Of a stretch of DNA of 64,000 nt, positions 58,774 to 64,000 are shown piece by piece. How positions within the stretch are numbered: position 1 is the first letter of the stretch; each line of letters starts with the position of its first letter. This DNA comes from Setoptus koraiensis (lineage: Eukaryota > Animalia > Arthropoda), in assembly GCA_048013815.1 (NCBI GenBank), contig CM106585.1, positions 21,576,001-21,640,000 of the forward strand. Reading direction: 5' to 3'. The translations under genes were made by a program, and so were the position numbers. The notes beneath the pieces are model-generated. The model made no database searches, was not told the origin of the DNA, and saw only the letters and a list, made by a program, of their open reading frames with translations.

Positions 58774-60873
58774 TCAGCTGTCCTTCTCAAATGAGTGCTC
58801 TTTCAAGTCTCCACACATGGATGTTCGCGCTAGTCTTCTTGGAATGTTATAAGATTTCCTTTGAGGTGTGAGGCCAGTTTGAACTTCATCTTTGATCTCA
58901 TATGTGACAAATCTCTCGAAACTATTCCTTCTGGACCCTATCTCTCTCTTCTGTGAATTCTCCATTGTGGATGCGATATTCTGTATCTGGTCCGAATGCG
59001 AATTGATGGCATCACATATGTCGTTCATGTTACAGTTAACTCTTTCGACCAAATTTTTCATGTTAATCAATCTCATATTCTGTGCTTCTATATTGATACC
59101 CATTTCCTCAATTGCAGTGGTCACTTCCGTGATAATTTGAGTATTGAGGTTTAGTTTATCACCTATTCTTTCCATCATTGATTTCGATTCCTGCTGAAAT
59201 TCATTTGATATCATGCTAGAGAAAGATTCGAGTCTCGCCATCGCGTCTCTTACTTTTATATGAAATTTACCTATCTTCTCGCGATTCTCTCTCTCCACAC
59301 TTTTGACTCGATCTACTTTTCCATGAAGAAGATTGAGATCTTTGGTTGTTTGTTCAGCAATATTTATCAGTTCTGTAGCTTGGGTTGTGAGAATTTCTTC
59401 AGTTTTCTTGTGAGCATCGACAAGACTTTTCTGTTGTTGACAATCTTCTTTTACTTGATGAAGTAAATTCTGAGTATTTGAAAGTTGAGATTCTTTTTCA
59501 CCCAAGTCGTCCAGTGTTTGTTTGAGATTTAGTTTTGTCGCCTCTAATTGGCTTGTTGTCTCTTCGAAGAGCAAACGAACTTTTTCAACCTCATTTTGCA
59601 TAGCTGATAGCTTATCTTCTTTCTCATGGACAGCGGCATTGACCGATGAAAGTTGTGCACACATTTCCTTGTAATTTTCTTCGTCTAGATATACCCCATT
59701 TTTCTCTCTACTTGCTTGAAGATCCCTCCTAAGTCTTTCAATCTCTTGAGTGTACTCTTTTAGCATGGCTTTCTTCGTGAGTCTCTGGTTCATTTCGGGT
59801 TTGTTGGTTATCTTCTTAGCTCTGGACGCGTAGTCCAATGTGCTCAATGTATCTTCGGCGTCTGCGACGGCAGGTGAAATGGTGGCTATGATTGAAGTTT
59901 TTGTTTTTCCTCCAAGTGAATCTTGTAGAAGTCTTGTCAATTTTGATTCTCGATAAGGTACGTGAGGCCGCTTTTCTACCAAGGCAGTTATAACTCTTCC
60001 CAGAGTTAGTAATGACTGATTTATATTTCCTGCTTCTCTGGCTCTTTTGTCTTGTGCACCTGATCTGCCTATATTTTCGCTTCCAGCAAGATCCACCAAG
60101 TTCAATTTACCAATTTTTAACAGTTCTTCGCCTTCCATAGAGCCTTCTTTGATGTGAACTGTCACACTGAAAATAGTATGCGATCTAGAGGAGCAGGCGT
60201 TCATGAGGGTGGCTGCAGTTTGACGTTTAGCCGAGCCCCTTCTTAGGATGTCGTAGATCTCAGATTTAGATCTTACAATAATCTCTTCGAGCCCTCCAAT
60301 GATGACTGAACCCTTTGACTTTGAGTCATCGTAAATTTTGAGTTTAGTTGTGTCATCCAAAGCACTCAACAAGTCATAGGTGTCTTCATTATACAATTCA
60401 AGGAAGGAGACTCGCACTGTGAATTCGTTATCCTGTGCTCCTAGTGTGTCAAAAAGTTGACTAAGGGCTCTCGGTATAATACCACATGTTGGATCTTCAT
60501 CCCAACTGAGTTCAGCATTAGAGCGTTCGCCCTCCATGGTGTAGGTTTTACCTGTGCCAGTTTGTCCATAAGCAAACACTGTACAATTGAAGCCTAGTAA
60601 AACTTGGTCGATCAAAGGTTTCACGACAGCTCTGTAAACATCCACCTGTAGGCAATCAGGGCTAAAGACTCTATCAAAATAAAAGTTTTTGACTTCGTTG
60701 GCTGTACTCCTCTCGTGAACTTTAACCTCCTTCCTATCGGGGTTCACTTCGACAACAAGTTTCCTCTCGTGTGGATTTGCCGGTCGACACCTGACAAACA
60801 CTTGAATATTTTGGTTGTGTATGGGAGCTGACGATCCGTTCATCTTCCCACATGACATCATAGGGGCAGCCAT
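58774..60873 (-). CDS. KIF11: Kinesin-5 (BimC/Eg5/Klp61F) motor, 699 aa
   Basis: [11 protein letters not shown]-loop [48 protein letters not shown], a coiled-coil stalk and a BimC box TGLTPQRK at about residues 666-673. Intronless. Confidence 0.96.
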   Translation of the reverse strand: MAAPMMSCGKMNGSSAPIHNQNIQVFVRCRPANPHERKLVVEVNPDRKEVKVHERSTANEVKNFYFDRVFSPDCLQVDVYRAVVKPLIDQVLLGFNCTVFAYGQTGTGKTYTMEGERSNAELSWDEDPTCGIIPRALSQLFDTLGAQDNEFTVRVSFLELYNEDTYDLLSALDDTTKLKIYDDSKSKGSVIIGGLEEIIVRSKSEIYDILRRGSAKRQTAATLMNACSSRSHTIFSVTVHIKEGSMEGEELLKIGKLNLVDLAGSENIGRSGAQDKRAREAGNINQSLLTLGRVITALVEKRPHVPYRESKLTRLLQDSLGGKTKTSIIATISPAVADAEDTLSTLDYASRAKKITNKPEMNQRLTKKAMLKEYTQEIERLRRDLQASREKNGVYLDEENYKEMCAQLSSVNAAVHEKEDKLSAMQNEVEKVRLLFEETTSQLEATKLNLKQTLDDLGEKESQLSNTQNLLHQVKEDCQQQKSLVDAHKKTEEILTTQATELINIAEQTTKDLNLLHGKVDRVKSVERENREKIGKFHIKVRDAMARLESFSSMISNEFQQESKSMMERIGDKLNLNTQIITEVTTAIEEMGINIEAQNMRLINMKNLVERVNCNMNDICDAINSHSDQIQNIASTMENSQKREIGSRRNSFERFVTYEIKDEVQTGLTPQRKSYNIPRRLARTSMCGDLKEHSFEKDS

Positions 60874-61393
60874 ATTAGTTGTGATGGTGAGATATGTTTA
60901 GGATGAGCACATGGATCTGTCGTTTAAACAAGTAATAGTGAATGTAGAAAAATGTTAAAAATGTTATGTAGAAAAATCACCTATGATCGCGAAGATTGCA
61001 TTAGTATCAACAGAAACTCTTTAAGAAACAGCACCCTCATGTCAACATGTGTCAGCCAGCGAATCGCGCGTTTAATACTGATTGAGTTTTTACCCCCGAT
61101 TTGTTGGTTTTCCTGCACACTTTCAGTGTATTGTTTGTTGTTTATTTCCACACGCACACAACGAACCTAGAGAAACCGTTGAGTGTAGTGCGCAAAGTGG
61201 AGAGGTACTCTTTTTCCCCTCCTCACATTTGTTGGCTGGAATGGTTTCACTCTGTCTGGCAAAAATACCCTCAAAAGAGCGGGATCAGGCATAAGACTCA
61301 AACAGGGAAAAAATTTTGTGTCGCCCCCCAATGCGACCTTTGCTGGTGTACTAGTACATTGTTCATGCTTTTGGGCGGTTGATTTTTTTCTTG

Positions 61394-61462
61394 TTTGAAT
61401 TGACCGCTCAAATTATTAGGCGCATGCGCATAAAGAAGTTCGCCATTTCTGAACAATTTGAA
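61394..61462. promoter_or_regulatory. Candidate promoter elements between kinesin-5 and LIN-9: NRF1/Ewg palindrome GCGCATGCGC and two CHR-like TTTGAA
   Basis: GCGCATGCGC at 61420-61429; TTTGAA at 61394-61399 and 61457-61462. Hexamers occur by chance in AT-rich DNA. Confidence 0.4.
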
Positions 61463-61602
61463 ACATTGCTCGTATTTTATACGAACGTTAATGGACAAGC
61501 GAAGAAACAACAACAAAAAGTATAAATGATAGCAAATTCAAATTATTATCACATCATCTCTCTAAAAAAACAAAAGAATATTACCCAATTTCTACATCTA
61601 AC

Positions 61603-63204
61603 ATGGAAACCAGATCTAAATCACGAAACAAAAGCGGTAGCATAGGACCTAAGACGCCCACTCAAACGAAACCCTCGAAGCCAGCAACGCCCGCTACGCC
61701 ATTAGCCGCCCCAGTAACGCCGACTATTGCAAAGAAACCGGCGACAACCAAAAGTACTATCAAGAAAGAGAAACCGGCCAAAGAGAGTCCTGTTACCACC
61801 AAAACTAAGAGAGCCTACTCTGTTACACCAGTCGTGACAGCACCATCGACCACTAGTAGCGATCCGGTAGTATTGCCAATATCCCTGAATGATAAACGCA
61901 CCGCTCAACGGGTTGGATTGAGATTGAGAACATTGCTCAAGTTACCTAAGGCTCATCGATGGGTTTGCTACGAATGGTTTTATGCAAATATAGACCGATC
62001 ACTTTTTAATGGTGAAAACGATTTCTGTGCTTGTCTCAGGGAAACTTTTCCGCAACTAAAAGCGAGAAAATTAACGAGGATAGAATGGTGTAAAGTTCGT
62101 CGATTAATGGGAAAACCAAGAAGATGTTCCCCAGCATTCTTCGCAGAAGAAAGGACTGCTCTAAATAACAAGAGACAGAAGGTCAGGCAGCTTCAACAAC
62201 AGAAAGTCGTCGATATAAGCCATTACAGAGATCTACCGGATGAAATTCCTCTGAGTTTGGTCATAGGAACGAGAGTTACAGCACTTTTACACAAACCACA
62301 CGATGGGCTATTTTCGGGTACTATAGATGCAGTCGACACAGCTAATCATGGATACAGAATTACATTTGATCGGCCAGGTATCGGAACACATACTGTTCCT
62401 GATTACGAGGTCCTCAGTAATGATCCTCCGGAGTTCTTACCATTGACATCATTCCAGACACGAGTGAGGCCGAGATTTTTGCCTATGCTCAAGTCACCAA
62501 AATTTCTTGAATTGCTTAGTGATCAGGTCTCACAAGCACTCGGTGGAAAGCATGCAAAATTGAATCAACAATTACAACAATCCGGAGATCACGAAGAAGG
62601 CTTACTCGGTCAATATCCTATTAGACTTCTTGCTCTAATGGTAAGAGTGTCAAAAATTTTATCTGTCAAAAAGAGGAGAATATTTGAAATTCGTTCGATG
62701 AATACAGAAGTTGAAAGACTCAGGAGTGTTGGTGAACCCGTGACACCTGAGCTGCAGAGAACCTATGCTGGCACTATATTGGATTTGGGTAAACTCAATA
62801 CTGATCTCGACGATCATTTGAGGGCAGTGCAAATTTACTCTTCCGAACTAGCGATTGATGGAAACAGTGTGCTACAACCAGATGTAATTAAGCAACGATG
62901 TAATATTGAAGCTAAGGAGTTGGTCGAGCGTAATCTCACAGATTACAATGTAAGCGATAAAAAGAGTATAGATTTTATCTCTCACCTGACGTCCTTGATG
63001 CTCCATCTGAAAACTTTATCTGAGAATGAAGTGAATTCAATACAGCTTAAGGCCTTAACAGAATCTTTAGACGAGTTCAGATTGGGTATCACACCCACGA
63101 ATATACCAGCCTATGAGGATAATGTAGAAATTCATATCAACCATATAAAGAGCTCGGCCAGCCATTTAGGAAATTTGGGAGCTTTTGTGAATAGCGTGCG
63201 CTGA
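61603..63204 (+). CDS. LIN9: LIN-9 / Mip130 (MuvB/DREAM core subunit, DIRP domain)
   Basis: LLKLPKAHRWVCYEWFYANIDRSLF, LTRIEWCKVRRLMGKPRRCSPAFFAEER, LVIGTRVTA, GYRITFDRPG. Intronless. Confidence 0.96.
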   Translation: METRSKSRNKSGSIGPKTPTQTKPSKPATPATPLAAPVTPTIAKKPATTKSTIKKEKPAKESPVTTKTKRAYSVTPVVTAPSTTSSDPVVLPISLNDKRTAQRVGLRLRTLLKLPKAHRWVCYEWFYANIDRSLFNGENDFCACLRETFPQLKARKLTRIEWCKVRRLMGKPRRCSPAFFAEERTALNNKRQKVRQLQQQKVVDISHYRDLPDEIPLSLVIGTRVTALLHKPHDGLFSGTIDAVDTANHGYRITFDRPGIGTHTVPDYEVLSNDPPEFLPLTSFQTRVRPRFLPMLKSPKFLELLSDQVSQALGGKHAKLNQQLQQSGDHEEGLLGQYPIRLLALMVRVSKILSVKKRRIFEIRSMNTEVERLRSVGEPVTPELQRTYAGTILDLGKLNTDLDDHLRAVQIYSSELAIDGNSVLQPDVIKQRCNIEAKELVERNLTDYNVSDKKSIDFISHLTSLMLHLKTLSENEVNSIQLKALTESLDEFRLGITPTNIPAYEDNVEIHINHIKSSASHLGNLGAFVNSVR

Positions 63205-63319
63205 ATTAAGTTTAATATACAATGTATTTAGCCTATTAAATTAATAATTCAAGCCGATGTATAATAATGGTCGTTTATGTCAATATGTATTTTTAATGTA
63301 GTAAGAATGAGAGGTTTAA

Positions 63320-63750
63320 CTAAAACAATAGATACTTTGTAGTTATAATGGGTACCATACAGGTGATCATTGTATTCCAAATAACATATATAATATCTGA
63401 TATGTTTGTTGTTGTTGTTGTTGTTGTGAATTTCCTAATACCTTGAATGGACCATGCAGAATTGCAGGCATCTTCGGGACAAGCCAAAACGCAACCTCTG
63501 AGATAGTCGCCCTCAAATTGAAATCTTCCGCAGTGGGACATACGAGCTGCAAACGTTTGATAGCCGAAATTAGTATTGGAGCATTACTAATATGGTTATT
63601 AACTTTATACAATACAGTTGTCTTTCGATAATATTGTTTAGAGAATAACGGGCTCATATGGACTCACCCAGTTCTGTATCCGGTGTAAGTGTTCCTGAAT
63701 CTAGTGCGCAATGTCGGACCACCATTGTCTCTCCGGTATTGTCTGGCACA
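63320..63750 (-). CDS. Ly6/uPAR three-finger (quiver/sleepless-like), probably GPI-anchored; 3' exons only
   Basis: Exon about 63744-63668 (NTGETMVVRHCALDSGTLTPDTEL) with donor G|GTGAGT, acceptor GCAG|CT at 63547, last exon 63546-63320 (ARMSHCGRFQFEGDYLRGCVLACPEDACNSA...hydrophobic tail). The N-terminal exons are not resolved and probably lie beyond the window. Confidence 0.8.
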
Positions 63751-64000
63751 ACGCGATTCATTACATAAGAAGATTAATCATTATTATATGTATTAGAGAG
63801 TATCTATTAAATTACTAGCACTGGTTAGCCGCTGAAACAATCTGATTCATTTCAAGCCTTTGATGATAGTGCGGAAAGTTATTATCAAAAATAATACTAG
63901 ACCAACGGGGCGACGCAAGTGACCCATGCTTTGTACAATTTATTGAAGCTACAAATATAACGTGCATGAATAGAAGAAAAAAAAAAGAGAGACAGACACA

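Noticed and set aside
63800-63940. MGHLRRPVGLVLFLIITF as the Ly6 gene's leader exon
   Set aside because: It ends without a canonical GT donor and leaves no room for the missing N-terminal cysteines before the next exon.
1-64000. tRNA, rRNA or snRNA genes
   Set aside because: GTTCRA hexamers occur but without cloverleaf context; no rRNA or snRNA signature was recognised by eye. tRNAscan-SE and Rfam would be needed to exclude them.

Overview
Eukaryotic nuclear DNA with GT-AG introns and the standard code, from a compact animal genome. I infer a chelicerate, most plausibly a mite with a reduced genome (e.g. eriophyoid), from Dscam Ig7/Ig8-like cassettes and intronless copies of normally intron-rich genes. 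The window has three zones. (1) 1-11.5 kb: an LRR single-pass receptor that runs off the left edge and is missing from the ORF track, a SOCS7/Socs16D-like gene, ING, lipoyl synthase, and two tandem cassettes of leader exon + Ig + Ig resembling chelicerate sDscam-beta variable cassettes, with no constant exons in view. (2) 11.6-44 kb: a microsatellite-rich, almost gene-free region enriched in recurrent ACAGGTG and RTTAYGTAAY motifs. It holds one large secreted polyQ/coiled-coil protein with a C-terminal chitin-binding type-2 domain. (3) 44-64 kb: a dense housekeeping cluster (DPH2, REXO4, fumarase, V-ATPase e, Rab1, NudC, UBA5, a stand-alone neurofibromin GAP domain, kinesin-5, LIN-9 and the 3' end of a Ly6/quiver-like gene), interrupted by about 2.6 kb of decayed, possibly transposon-derived DNA. 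Highlights are the Ig-cassette array, an apparent 384-aa mini-neurofibromin, other domain-trimmed proteins (NudC, kinesin-5, SOCS), and a GC-rich motif about 225-235 bp upstream of three unrelated housekeeping genes. Most short ORFs in the track are microsatellite artefacts. No tRNA, rRNA or CRISPR was recognised. All homology calls come from motif recognition; no database search was run.
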